DNA of 64,000 bases from Octopus vulgaris. Taxonomy: Eukaryota. Each line of letters starts with the position of its first letter. The first letter of the stretch is position 1. A program made the position numbers and the translations under genes. The stretch is from contig OX597814.1 in NCBI GenBank assembly GCA_951406725.2, positions 92,442,001-92,506,000 on the forward strand. The letters run 5' to 3'. Shown piece after piece: positions 25,122-38,752 of this stretch. Below the pieces are notes generated by a model. It did no database searches. It was not told the origin of the DNA and saw only the letters and a program-made list of their open reading frames with translations.

Positions 25122-27559
25122 ATATGGGGATAATCAACAACAACAATAACGTAACGACCTTAAATAACATACTTGCACAGCAACAGGGCATAGTGTTATT
25201 GTAAACAAAGCTGTGAGGAAATGTAAGAATTTGGCAATGACTTGTTAACAAAATTATTGGTCGAGAACATAAAAAATGCAAACACGTATGGTGTTATGTT
25301 TTCAGAAAAAAAATGTCAATTCAATCAGAAAAAAATGTTCGCCTGTTTTAGACTTATTTGCGAACTTTACAACTAGAAACATTGGTGTTTGTTTGAACAA
25401 GGTTATAATAATTGTAGGTTGGCTCTCAGCACGAAGTCATCAGTTGTACTATTTTGAATTAAAGTTCGTACATACACAGTACTTGTTTATATTATCAATG
25501 TGTAAAAAGGAATAATGGCCAGCAGTAAAAAAAAAAAGACAACGTACGATTTTTTTGTTTAAATAGAAGAAAATAAGAGTCGGTGAATTATTACTCGTTC
25601 AGTTTAAAGTACCTCATAATTTAAGATAACCCATTGTACTCTATTGGGTTTGTGTTAAAGGCTAAACTGAGTACAAAATAAAACAGTTGAGCTATGGCTA
25701 CTAATGACAACTAATAAGGTAAGGCACCGTGTATTATTTTCTAACAATCAAAAACATGGCTCAGAGTTTATTAGTTTTTCATTGGCTGAAATAGCACACA
25801 TGACAACGGGAGAAACTAAAATGGTTGTTGTTGTCTGTCGCAATAGCAAAAAAGAAGGTAGCTCACTGACAAGTGAAACCAACGTGCTAGCAGTCAAATA
25901 AAGTCATAACACATGCGTTACGCACTTTTCGAAAATCAGCATTCAAATGACTCAAAAAGCAAACAAGTTCACAAAACTCGAGATATATTTTCTCCATCAA
26001 CACCACAACCTCGATCACCTCCTTCTTCCATTAGACACTAGGAATCAGCTATTTTATACTAAAGATAAATTCAAACGCACAATACTGTTTTGCCTAGAAA
26101 AGTCACAAGCATATACTTAAAACGTCTAGCGTCTGATGGAATTATTGCAATCAGAATCGCCTTCAACTTTCGTAACAAAACTATCAAATCGCCAGAAACT
26201 AAAAACTGGTGGAAAATCATAAAAATATAAAACCTCCAGAAAAGTAACACGACAAAGAAATTCTGATAATTATCCTGAACCTCTATATCGCTTACAAACT
26301 TCACACAGAAAAACTTATGATGGACCCGGTACATACTCAAAAGACATGCACAGCGTCGTACACGGATTACGGTATATTTACACGTTTCTTCTATTTTCTT
26401 TAGTCGGCTTCACAGCTACCTTAACTCTGCAACAACCACCGAGAAAACCAGCTCCATGATCACTTTTAAAAGAGTAGTAGCTACCAGTTCCATTGCCTAC
26501 CTTCTTAGTCGGAATAACGAAGAATTTCAAATGCAGCCAAATAATGCACTCGATAACATCAAATACAACCAAATGTCGCAACCACAACGGCGGCATAAAA
26601 TATACATGCGCACACACACACACACACACACACATACAGAAGACAAAAAGACTAGGTATTACACAAAACTTCTAGAACAATCACAGCATACGTGTGAGAT
26701 TTAGTAATGATAGTAAAACAACGCACAAAAATATTTGGAATACCCATATGTACAAATTTTGACCAACTGAAAGAAACAATACGCATTAAAGTACAAAAAT
26801 GCACAGGATCCATCTTAGATCATGCGCACTATGCATCAGACCCGATACGCAGATCACCCACAAAACGAAACAAAAATACAAAAGATGAAAAACGAGAATA
26901 AGAAAGACGTAACAACCAGAGAAAATAAACGTTGAAACCGGTGGAGCAGAAAAACATTGGTTGAATCTAAAAATAAAAACAGAAATCAAATTAATACACG
27001 ACTTAAATGTTGTTGGGGCCGCAAAATAAATTCAGCCGCTAACTTTATAGCAATTTAAGAATATTAAAGAATTTTTAAACCAATTTCCTAAAAATATATT
27101 TATTTAAGCCGATGTTATATTATCCTCTTGACTTGAAAAGGAAGAAAATCATAGATTCTTTGAATTCAAAAAGTTTATTAAGAGAACACGTTTTTTTATA
27201 TAATTTTACTTTATGTCTAAGGAGTCCTCATTACCCGCAAGAATTTTATTTTTACCTTATTTGGGGTAATCTACCCCGGTTCGCCGACACCTGTTATAGA
27301 AGACCGAAGACATCTATTCCTCACTGACGGGAGATTTTAAATTACAGTCCTAAAATACACTTTATGCTTATCATCACTGGTGCCGATGATATTTACCAAC
27401 TTGCCTGGATCAAAGTATCGCTAAAGTTAGAATACTGGAGAACGAACGATGTTCTATATTTCGTACACTGTAAGTGACTACGATATCAGGAGCAATAAAA
27501 TCTGCGAGAACTTAAAATCTAAAGGGAGAATGTTTGTACAAAGCTGATGAAAAGCCACC

Positions 27560-27958
27560 GACCACAGCAAGAATATCTACATCCGCTGAGTTCCCCAAAG
27601 AGTAATTTGTGAAGGTTTTGAGGGAGTTCCGAGAGATTTCATCGCAAATGCTCAGAGCACCTGTACCAGGACAATGAACCGATCCATAATTCCGTTCTGA
27701 CAACCAACTACTTAACAGAGATGGGCTTCAAAACAGTCCGTCATCGTCCCTACAGTCCAAATTTTGCTCTTTATGACTTTTGCTTGTTGCCTGATCTGAA
27801 GGAGTAGTACCTCGGGAGCAATCGTTTTGAAGACATTGAGAAGATGAGGTAGGCTGTGACAAGGGTCCTGAGCATCTTCACTTTGGAGGACTTCCTTGAA
27901 GCTTTCATGATATTGCTGGAGCGCTACGACAGGCACATTGACATCAGAGCATTCTACT
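27560..27958 (+). mobile_element. Mariner transposase C-terminal remnant
   Basis: YQDNEPIHNSVLTTNYLTEMGFKTVRHRPYSPNFALYDFCLLPDLK, a degenerate DNA..H / PYSPDLAP.D pattern. Confidence 0.8.
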
Positions 27959-28585
27959 TTCTCTGTACTTGTTTCAGTCATTTGACTGCGGTCATGCTGG
28001 AGCACCACCTTTAGTCGAGCAAATCGATCCCAGGTCTTATTCTTTGCAAGCCTAGTACTTCTTATTCTATCGGTCTCTTTTGCCGAACCCCTAAGTTACG
28101 GAGACGTAAACACACCAGCAGCATCGGTTGTCAAGCGATGTTGGAGGGGACAAACACAAACACACAAACACACACATATATATACATATATACGACGGGC
28201 TTCTTTCAGTTTCCGTCTACCAAATCCACTCACAAGGCTTTGGTCGGCCCGAGGCTATAGAAGTCACTTGCCCAAGGTGTCAAGCAGTGGGACTGAACCC
28301 GGAACCATGTAGTTGGTAAGCAAGCTACTTACCACACAGCCACTCCTAAATGTCTCACCAGAAAAAAGTTTCAAAACTTCTGGAACGTATTTCGTGTGTA
28401 TGTGTGTGCGCGCGCGCGCGCGTGTGTGTGTGTGCATATAACCACGTGTATATATAATAATAACCATAATAATAATAATAATAATAATAATAAAGCAATA
28501 ATCTGATAGCTCTGCGTCGGCAAGAATTGAAAAGATATAGAAAAAAGTGAAAGGAGTGCAGTGAACTTGCCGTATGGAGTGGTAT

Positions 28586-28621
28586 ATCCAACGTTTCGGA
28601 TTCAATCCTTCGTCAGGTGGG
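28586..28621 (-). ncRNA. Minimal hammerhead core in a Penelope-like 3' remnant (about 28500-28900)
   Basis: CTGACGA-A-GGAT-TGA-ATCC-GAAACGTT; stem I poorly paired; preceded on the minus strand by a pyrimidine-rich tract. Confidence 0.6.
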
Positions 28622-29028
28622 GGAGGCAGAGAAAAAGAGAAGAAAAGGAGAAAAGCCAAAAAGAGTTTACATCCTTTCAGCTTCAAAAACTGGCCGCAAC
28701 TGATAATGGACGCAGAACAACGCGGGCTACTAACGTGAAACAGTAGTTTTAGGAGAGGGCGGGCAGAAAGGAACAGGGAAAGGGTGATGGACAGAGTAGA
28801 GGTTAGTAAATACGGGAATATTGCGGAAGGAGTGTGGAAGGAGGATTTAAAAGGGTAAAAAAGAATTAAGAGGGGATGAAAGGATGAAAGGAAAATACCT
28901 GTTGAGGACATAGTGCCAAGATCAAATATGAGACGTGTATATGTATATAAACAAACATTTGGTTTGTTTTTATAAGGCACTGTACATACAAAAAGACTAA
29001 TCAAGATAAGACGCTACAGATAAGAAGT

Positions 29029-29238
29029 TAATTTATTTTCGAACGCAGAGACGCCGTTAGAACAGCAAACACATTAGGTAAATTACACTTAATGGTAAAG
29101 TACTTGACCGAAGTCTTCAACAGATGTGGGTTCGAATCCCATGGCAGCATGTTGACAAATTTTTCCGCTTCGAAAGGGTGATTTACCCAATGTTTCTGCT
29201 GTTCTAAAGGCGCTTCTGCGCTCGAAAGTAAATTATCA

Positions 29239-29242
<4 letters not shown>
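29029..29242 (+). mobile_element. Foldback element with tRNA-like core
   Basis: Arms 29029-29086 / 29178-29235 enclose TAATGGTAAAG...GGTTCGAATCCC (B box at 29129-29140); short tail, then (TA)n. Confidence 0.65.
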
Positions 29243-29280
<38 letters not shown>

Positions 29281-29286
<6 letters not shown>

Positions 29287-29768
29287 AAGGGCAAAATTAA
29301 TTAATTAATTAATAATTTTACCAAGTAGTTCGGTATGTTAAAAGAGCCATTATCGGTAAACTTATACAAAAATTCTATAATTATGAGTATAATTATAATT
29401 AGGGTTCAGCAAAATTTGCTTCACCACATTCCGAAATTTAGAAATAACAGTTAAACTACTATTTTACTAGCATAAGATATCGCCCAGGCAGCAATACTCA
29501 ACAACTCACGCAGGTAAAGAGTAGAAATATGATGTTACATTTTTCTCGTCTCTCTTACTCCGAAACGCGTATACAGTTAATCAAAGCCGGGTAGATTCGT
29601 TATTTTTTTCCTCTTCACCTGTGTGAGTTGTTGAGTATTGCTGTGTGGGAGATATCTTATGGTAGTAAAATAATAGTTTAACAGCTTTTTCTGAATTTCG
29701 GTATGTGGTGAAGCAAATTTTGCTGAACGCTAATTATAATTATGTTCAAACTAATAATTATAGAATTT
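29281..29768. mobile_element. Foldback element in (TA)n
   Basis: ~145-bp arms 29371-29515 / 29617-29768; the spacer holds the hammerhead 3' half CCGAAACGCGTA. Confidence 0.75.
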
Positions 29769-30232
29769 ATATATATACAATTATGCATACACACATACAT
29801 GATTGCTTCATCTTGTTAGATGCTTGCTGTCTGACTATTCAATGTTTTGGTAAATTGCCTAATGTCATTTGCTAATATACTTGGATATGACCGAGAAAAC
29901 CAGCAAAAAGTTTACAGTGTACAGAGAAAACACAACAGTAAAACTTATCATCTCCACAGTCGTTATCGTCTGACATTCCTTCGTAACGTACACATACATA
30001 CGCACATGCAAATACTCTGAAGTTTATTCACTTATTAGCAGATTTTCTGCTTCATCCCGCACTTTTATAAATAACTCTCATCACTTATTATGCTTCATGG
30101 CGCACCAAGTTCAGTAGACGAGACGACCAAGCAAAAGTTTGTATTGGGTTACATTTTACCACATGTGTTCACAAGCGACCGATAAATTATGCAAAAAATG
30201 CAACTTTTCGTTTAGCTTATAGCACAGACATA

Positions 30233-30394
30233 TAGGCGCAGGCGTGGCTGTGTGGTAAGAAGTTTACTTCTCATCCACATGGTTCCGGGTTCAGTCCCAC
30301 TGCGTGGCATCTTGAACGAGTGTCTGTTACTATAGCGTCGGGCCGACCAAAGCCTTGTGAGTAGATTTGGTGGACGGAAACTGAAAGAAGCCCG

Positions 30395-30458
<64 letters not shown>

Positions 30459-30620
30459 ACCCCCGCCCGGCGCTTGACAATCGGGATTGGTGTGCATACG
30501 TCCCAGTAACTTAGCGGGTCGGCAAAAGAACCCGATAGAATAAGTACTAGGCTAAACAAAACAGTCCTTGTGTCGATTTATTCGACTAAAACCCTTCAGG
30601 GCGGTGCCACAGTATGACCG
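30233..30620 (+). mobile_element. tRNA-derived CORE-type SINE family B (octopus OR-like)
   Basis: GGCGTGGCTGTGTGGTAAG...GGTTCAGTCCC head, CORE-like CTTGGGCAAGTGTCTT segment and internal (TG)n. Further copies at approximately 5903-6058(-), 27960-28347(-), 38950-39320(-), 40415-40890(-), 52085-52600(-), 57835-57980(+), 60914-61620(+, tandem). Confidence 0.8.
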
Positions 30621-31274
30621 TGTGATAAAAGAATGTGTTCCAGTATGATAAAAGAATGTAGTCAAACATAATTATAAACAAACGTACGTAAGTTCAAAAC
30701 AGACATGCCTACATACACAACGACATTCGTGCTTGCAAACATATATTATATATACACGTGTGTGCATGTATACCTCTATGCATATACAACCATATAGCTC
30801 ATTTTCTGAAAATTTAGCCTATAAGCAGAACAATGAAATTCAAGAGACAAATCTACACTTTTATTGTTAAATTCCAATCCTAGAACATTGTTCCTTTGTT
30901 TGAAGCCAGTTGTTCTCTGTAGGAATAATTTAAAGACTAAAGAAAATGCGAAAGAGACCGACTCAAAGAGCTGCATACAAATATATAAAGAGCAAATTTC
31001 ATTGTATTTTCGATAATTACATTTTTGTAATTGAGCATAGAAGCAAAATCTTTTCCTAGGGCACTGTACATACAAAAAGACTAATCAAGATAATTTCCTT
31101 GATTATCAAAATAAAGAAATAAATATACGTAGATAACACACATATATACCCACAAACACATAGAGATAATACACTTTCATTCATACATACATACATACAT
31201 ACATACACGCGTGCATACATACATACATGCATACATACATACATACATACATACATACAGGCATATTTACATAC

Positions 31275-31312
<38 letters not shown>

Positions 31313-31829
31313 CATACATTTATACATACTTACACACATACTTATATATATATATATACATACATATATACACATACATATATACATACATATAGAGAAA
31401 AGAAAAGATAGAGATTAAGAAAGAGAGAGAGACAGCGACAGACATACAGACAGATTGATAGACAGACAGACACAGATAGGTATACAGATAAATAGAAACA
31501 TGTATACATATCTATATACATATAATAGTACATATACCTATACATACACAAACACACATACATATATTCATACATACATACACATATATGCACACATACA
31601 TACACACATACATAGGTGTATGAGTGTGTGTGAATACCACCATCAGTCTATACAGATATGTTCATACCTTTCGGGGAATATTTATCTGAATAGAGATAAA
31701 ATTGTTAGTTAAATTTCCATAATATTAAATTTCCAACTTCTACAAACAAAGATGATTAACCTTCATTGGAAATTTTACTTTTATTTAGTACTCATAAAAA
31801 TGCCTTCAATTAAGCATGTATGTAAGTAA

Positions 31830-32213
31830 GGAGACTCCGGCAGAAACCGAGGCTGCGATTTAAGGACTGTGTTAAGTCCTCGTTAAAGGCCTTTGATATG
31901 CAGGACACTGACTGGGAGAACAATGCCTGTCATCGCCACAGATGGAGGAAGCAGGTTAAGGAGGGGATCGACACTTTTCAGAGAGCACGTATCCAGCATG
32001 AAGAACTTAGGCGAGCTGTGCGAAAGCGCACGGCTCGTATAGTGAATGGGGAAAGCTTGGTCTGCAATGTTTGCAGTCGTGTGTGCTTGTCAAGAGCAGG
32101 GCTCATTAGCCACCAACGGAGCCGCAAATGCAAAATATAAGTTAGTCCTAGAGCGCACAATGATCCTGAAGGTCGGCAATGGTCCTCCTCGGTCACGAGT
32201 GGACGGCCATCAT
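31830..32213 (+). mobile_element. 5'-truncated RTE-clade LINE 3' end
   Basis: KPRLRFKDCVKSSLK...W...A.HRHRWR...CNVCSRVCLSRAGLISHQRS (terminal C2H2 finger), then a short 3' UTR running into (GTAT)n. Confidence 0.85.
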
Positions 32214-32749
32214 GTATGTATGTATGTATGTATGTATGTATGTATGTATGTATGTATGTATGTATGTATGTATGTATGTATGTATGTATGTATGTATGTT
32301 TGTATGTATGTATGTATGTATGTATCATGTATGTAATTTGTACTCTGTTATTTAGTAATTTATTGAAGGGCTGGCTTCTATGCAACAATACTCCATCATT
32401 GTACTTTGGATAACAACACAAGTATAGGATTACATTGTAACCTTCAGCAAAGTATTTTTATGTCTTGTCATTGTTCTGCTACCGACGGAATTTCCTGACA
32501 TTTATATGCATTCATGTATGTACCTGTGTATGTATGTATATATATATATATGTGTGTGTGTGTGTCTACACATACATACATATATATATACATACATATA
32601 TATACATATATATATATATATACATACATATACATATATATATATACATACATATATATATATATAATAACAAAATAATAAATAAAACATGCATATATAC
32701 ATACACATATGCACTACCTACATCTATATGTATATATACAGGCATATAT

Positions 32750-33395
32750 GGGTATAGGACAACAAAAAATAACGTCGAACACAATGAGAAACGAAAACAT
32801 AAGAACAAAACCAAGGAAATGGACATTTTTCTTAAACAACGAGAAAATAGAGTCCAAGACATACAATACAAGGAACATTTCTCTTCTTCAGCCGCCTCTA
32901 TTTCATCTACTCCGCATTTCGAAGGTAAAGGCGAGACACGACTTCGTTGAAATAGTCCTTCTCGCAAAGCAAATTAAATAAAATTTGAGATTTTTTTGCG
33001 GGAAGGGGGTAAAAGTGATAACAAAAATAGGACAGTGAAAACAATACAAATAAAAACAGTAAAATACAGCACAGGAGAATAACAGTAACACGAACATTAA
33101 GGGCTGTTGAACGTTTCGAGAACGGCGAGAGAGACAGAGAAAGCCGTCTACACTTGGTGGAAGCAGGGTCAGAAAGGCAGTAGTGGCCTTCTCGTCGCTG
33201 ACACGCGACGGGAGGGGGGATGGGGAGGAGAATGAGGAGGAGGAGGAGGTGGTGGTGGTGGAGGAGGAGGAGGAGGAGGGGTGTAAGGGAAAGGGAGAGA
33301 AAAAGGGAAGAGTTGTAGAGAAAACCAGAAAGAATGAAGGATGAGAGTGGGAGGGGGTCAGAAAGGTTAAGAGTGCGCATCATTATTATTATTAA
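32750..33395 (-). mobile_element. Penelope-like 3' remnant
   Basis: Pyrimidine-rich minus strand with CTCGAAACGTT half-site (about 33110-33120) and CTGAAGA motif (32885-32891); resembles the 43033 element; ends in TA-rich repeat. Confidence 0.5.
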
Positions 33396-33539
33396 GATAA
33401 AACTTACTTAGAAGTGGTTGCATGGCGTTCTATCATGTAATAACAAAATAATAAATAAAACATGTGCATGTATACATATATACATACATATATACATATA
33501 TACATATATACATACACACACACACACACACACACACAT

Positions 33540-33579
<40 letters not shown>

Positions 33580-33888
33580 GTAAATGCATATATATGCATA
33601 CATGTAGAGGTGCAATGGCTCAGTCTTTAGGGTAGCGGACTCGCGGTCGTAGTATCACGGTTTCGATACTACGTTGTGAGTTTTTATTGAGCGAAAACAC
33701 CTAAAGCTCCGCCAGTGGGGGGTCGCGATCACTGCTGTGCTCTTTCGCCACAACTCACTCTTTCTTCTGTTGACCTGCTCGCTTAGCCAACGGGGTGCCG
33801 TCATTTGTAGGCTAAAACAATGCGAAGCGCATTGTGACCAGCGCTGTGTAGCAACATCTGATAGTCTGGTCAGTCAAGGTGATCACGG

Positions 33889-33946
<58 letters not shown>

Positions 33947-33993
33947 GTACACATATATATATACATATATATATATATATACATATATATATG

Positions 33994-34035
<42 letters not shown>

Positions 34036-34036
34036 A

Positions 34037-34376
34037 AGGCGCATGGCTCAGTGGTTAGAGCGTCGAGCTTACGATCGTGAGGTTGTGAGCTCGAATCCCG
34101 GACCGGGCTGCGTGTTGTGTTCTTGAGCAAGGCACTTTATTTTCACGTTGCTCCAGTTCACTCAGCTGTAGAAATGAGTTGCGACGTCACTGGTGCCAAG
34201 CTGTATCGACCTTTGTCTTTCCCTTGGATAACACTGGTGGCGTGGAGAGGGGAGGCTGGTATGCATGGGCGACTACTGGTCTTCCATAAACAACCTTGCC
34301 CGGACTTGTGTCTAGGAGGGTAACTTTCTAGGTGCAATCCCATGGTCATTCATGACCGAAGGGGGTCTTTACCCTT
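34037..34376 (+). mobile_element. tRNA-derived SINE family C
   Basis: A box TGGCTCAGTGG, B box GCTCGAATCC, then CORE-like TGTGTTCTTGAGCAAGGCACTT; lies between microsatellite tracts. Confidence 0.75.
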
Positions 34377-34453
34377 TATATATATATATATATATATTAT
34401 ATTAAATTAGAGACAAAACCACTATTAGGCTTTATTCCCTAATATTTATTATT

Positions 34454-34488
<35 letters not shown>

Positions 34489-34884
34489 AACATACATATA
34501 ATTTACGTTGACGACGTAACTGTTACGTACCTAATAAATGACGTATATATATATATATGCAACATACATATAATTTACGTTGATGACGTAATGCATTAGG
34601 TATGTATTATAAGTGCTCGGTTTTGCTCACCACTAAAACTCTGGCTTGAACTGCAAATGATATCTATCTACCTATATATATATATATATATATGTGTATA
34701 TAACGGGAAGCTTTACGAAAATAAACAAAAGATGAAGGCAGGTGGAGTACAAACAAACAATTGTATTAGTATGGCGCTCAGGAATAGAAATAAAACAAGT
34801 CTTTTACGTTTCGAGCCTATATATATATATATACACACATATATATATATGTATATACATAGATGTGTTTATGAGCGTGTGTGT

Positions 34885-34948
34885 GTATGTCATTATTTAG
34901 TTTTATTTCAAGATTTCTTGCCAAAGGAGAAAGCCAGTTTCTAACCTT
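34885..34948 (-). mobile_element. 3' terminal fragment of the same Dong-like family
   Basis: Reverse complement AGGTTAGAAA...CAAGAAATCTTGAAATAAAAC..AATGACATAC matches the end of 59461-59770; abuts (TACA)n. Confidence 0.75.
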
Positions 34949-35442
34949 ATGTATGTATGTATGTATGTATGTATGTATGTATGTATGTATGTATGTATGC
35001 ATATGTGTATGTGTATGTATTTATTAATATACGTACGGTCTAAGCAGTTTCTTACATAATAGATATCGTTCTAATTTCAGTAAAAGAATTTTAAAGTTAA
35101 AAGCGTATACATGTGTCAAAACACAGATTTATAAGCGATCGCAACGACAGACATGAACAAGTATACATACGTGAGTAGATACTGGCGTATATTCATGACT
35201 AACTTGTTCATGTATATACTGTAATAAAAGAGCTTTGTTTCTGTAATAAAATATACTGTAATAAAAGATCTTGGATAGAGATCGGATTTATTTCTATTGG
35301 TAAACAATTTGAAAAGCTAAACTATATCCGACCTAATACAGACAGAAAGGTAGACAGACAGACATGCATATATACATACCTACATACATACATGCATGCA
35401 TGCGTACATACATACATAAATGCATACATACATACATACATA

Positions 35443-35725
35443 CTGATGGCTGAAGATGACAGTAGAATTGACACGAAGCGCAGCCTCTCTTGGACACAAG
35501 ACCACTACATCACATGACACTCTGAAGGCTATGTGTTTGCAATCCAGGAACAGGAGATTTCCACAAAGTACGTGGTGAACAAGAGAGACAGTGACACTGT
35601 TGTAATCTCAAGTTGCAACCGCATGTGTAGGCTATGTCATGTTTCGGTAAAATATATTACGCATGTGATTAGCAGCTGTCCTAAAATGTCGTCACGGTAC
35701 TACCTCCCTTACGGAACGATGGTTA
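35443..35725 (+). mobile_element. R4/Dong-like (RLE-type) LINE zinc-knuckle fragment
   Basis: EGYVFAIQEQEISTKY...CRLCHVSVKYITHVISSCPKMSSRYYLP (CCHC); directly follows (TACA)n. Confidence 0.8.
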
Positions 35726-36543
35726 GTTATGGACACGTTAATGTAAGGATATCTTAGCGACAACTGTTAGCTCTAGATATCACGAGGTGAAACAGGCGAA
35801 AATTTAATATCATTTACTCACCGTGACGAAGATGTGTTTGGTCCGTCACCTGCGGCATTGAGTTGCAGCGATGGTAGGTATTAATCTCGCAAGGCAGCAT
35901 CTATAGAATAGTCCCGTCAGGGATGGGACATCGGGATTATCGGGATGATTCAATGGATTGAAAAATATCAAAAGTGCACTTCTTCTATGACAATATGTCT
36001 TATCTGTCTTATTAATGCATGCTACTGTTGGCGCGTATGCTGTCTTTCATCGAGACAGAGTTGACAATTGTGAATTACAAAAGATTAAGATGGGGCCTTG
36101 TTGGGTATACTGCAACTGATGTTTCGAAATTACTTTGTAGTAGGTTGGAACAGGCCTTAAGATTCCCACATAAGTTTGTAAAGCCTTTAAGAAATTTAAC
36201 ACACGTTTTAGATAACTCAATATATCACCCATAGATTGGTGGGAAAGAAAAGATAAAACTCCCCAACTGCGCGTTTTCTTAACCAACCTAGTAATTATTC
36301 CTTTCCCTTTCCACTACCCAGAGTAATGTGGAATTTATTCCACAGCCACGAATATAGCTAATGGTAAAATGAATTTAAATTTATGTCAGTTTATAATTAA
36401 AATATTCATTTACAAAGAACTAGCATCATTAAAATACATATACATTTACTTATACATCCCAAAAAATCTATACATACATATATACACTAGACATACAAAC
36501 GCTGGTACATGCCTGCATACAAACAAATACAAACAAATACATG

Positions 36544-36608
<65 letters not shown>

Positions 36609-36941
36609 GGAGAAAGACGGTTATTAATTAGGTACCTAACAGTTAGTAAAAGTACTAAAAGTAAGTAATTATTAAGGGCTTGAACGTCTGAAAATATTTC
36701 TATAAATTCATGATCCAAGAAATTGCCAATAATCTCGATTTCTGAAGTTTATTGAATTTTTGAACTCCAATTTCTCACAAATTTAAATATTCGTTGCATT
36801 CAGTGTGCCCAATTCTTCACAAATTCAAATATTCATTGCATTTACTGTGGAGTAGATTTTAATTTTCAATAATAACCAATATTAATTCATTGCAGGCAAC
36901 ATTTTCCGTTATTGTTTGCAAACAGTCTTTCACTCTCTCTC

Positions 36942-36993
<52 letters not shown>

Positions 36994-37230
36994 CTCTACT
37001 TTCATTAATGATAATTTAATAACGGTTGTATAACTTTGATAAAAGGCACAATTTCAAGAATATTATTAGTTTCCGGAATTTGTTAAATGAATATTTTTGA
37101 TAAAATTCTTTAATATACCGGTATAATTTTTGTATTTTTACATGGAGGACATGAGTTTATGGGTTCTTCTTTGGGACGAATTCCAACAATATCCCTCAGT
37201 AGACACCAATCTGAACTATATTATTTTCGA

Positions 37231-37348
<118 letters not shown>

Positions 37349-37645
37349 TATGCGTCTCCGAGCGTATTTTTAAATGTACAAGCTAGGAATAGAAAGAAAA
37401 AAATCAGAAAAGAAGTAGTGGGAAAAGAAAAGAAAGAGAAAGAGAAAAACAGATAGAGAGGGAGAGAGAAAACTTTTTCGAAGTTGGCGCTCTCAAACAG
37501 TATCTAACAATTGTTAGATATTTCTGTAAACTTGCAACCGCACATACATAAAACAGACATGCATATCTACATAAATACATACATATATACAATAGTAACA
37601 CACATGCAGACACGCATACAAGTATACAAATAAATATCTACGTAG

Positions 37646-37695
<50 letters not shown>

Positions 37696-37874
37696 ATAAA
37701 AATGGTAAGACAACAAAAGAATGAAAGAGACCTCGATATTATGTATATAGAGGAATTTATCTGTAAATGTAATATGTGACAATTATTCGGTAGCCATGAT
37801 AAAACTCCGAGTTTCGGATGCCGAAGTGGAAATCCACGCCACCAGATTTTTTCATAGTATTTTTCCTATGGCCA

Positions 37875-37935
37875 GATAACTGAAGAGATGGCGGCGTGGA
37901 TTTCCACCTCGGCATCCGAAACTCGGAGTTTTATC
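37875..37935 (+). ncRNA. Type I hammerhead ribozyme motif
   Basis: GATAA-CTGAAGA-GATG..CATCC-GAAA-CTCGGAG-TT-TTATC; lies in foldback element 37693-37955 (arms 37794-37840 / 37893-37939). Confidence 0.7.
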
Positions 37936-37948
37936 ATGGAATTACAGA

Positions 37949-38004
<56 letters not shown>

Positions 38005-38007
<3 letters not shown>

Positions 38008-38300
38008 ACTTATAAATAAGGGCAAACGAAAAAATTTCTAATGCCAAATATGCCGAAATTAAACGCATTGTCCATAACCATATAATTTTTCACAATACGC
38101 ACGCTACTTTTTTGAGTAGCGTGCGTATTGTGAAAAATTATATGGTTATAGACAAGGTGTCTAATTTCGGCATATTTGGCATTAGAAAATTTTTCGTTTG
38201 TCCTTATTTATAAGTTGTTTATAAATTTAACCTTTAAAGGTATTTTTTAATATGCTGGCCATTAATAAAATGTTTTTTTCGAAAAAATGTTATCCTACAT
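38005..38300. mobile_element. ~104-bp hairpin element with unpaired tail in (TA)n
   Basis: Arms 38005-38108 / 38115-38218 with a 6-nt loop; tail shared with the 20551 element. Confidence 0.8.
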
Positions 38301-38702
38301 TATATATATATATATTCACATCAAGATACATATATACACCATGACGTATAAACGCATTCAAATATATGAAAAAAAAATGAAGTATTGAATATTTAAATCA
38401 GAAAATTGTACTATAAATTAATATATAATATAATTAAGTGTAATATAAATTTGAAAAATAGAAATTTGATAAAATATAGACTTAAAATCTAAAATATAAA
38501 TATGAAAATGAGTTAAAATTGAAGCTCAGCAAAATCTAAACGATCGAAAGTGGCTAATTAGCAATTTACAAGCAAAAGGTGACTAAGGGTACTAGTCAAC
38601 ACCAGCATTGCTAGAAATAAGAGTCAGAACAATTCTTCGCCACGGGGAAGCACTTATCTAATGACTGACAAGTGAAACAAGCTCCCTACAGCAAGCGAGC
38701 CA

Positions 38703-38752
38703 GAGCCAGATCGTAGATGATTTCAAATTTGATTAATCCTCATCAGTGACTC
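38703..38752 (-). ncRNA. Type I hammerhead ribozyme with intact core
   Basis: GAGTCA-CTGATGA-GGATT..AATTT-GAAA-TC..GA-TC-TGGCTC; AUC triplet; stem I GAGTCA/TGGCTC; stem II begins with two G-U pairs. Confidence 0.75.

Noticed and set aside
26040-26600. Possible LINE ORF1 zinc-knuckle remnant (FKCSQIMH..KCRNHNG)
   Set aside because: Too degenerate to support a call.
28264-29004. 246-aa ORF, the longest in the window
   Set aside because: It runs across a pyrimidine-rich element remnant, microsatellites and a SINE; low complexity and no domain.
34037-34110. tRNA genes here and at about 24744, 29087, 30236, 41349
   Set aside because: A/B boxes are present but there is no complete cloverleaf or terminator, and each continues into retroposon body sequence.
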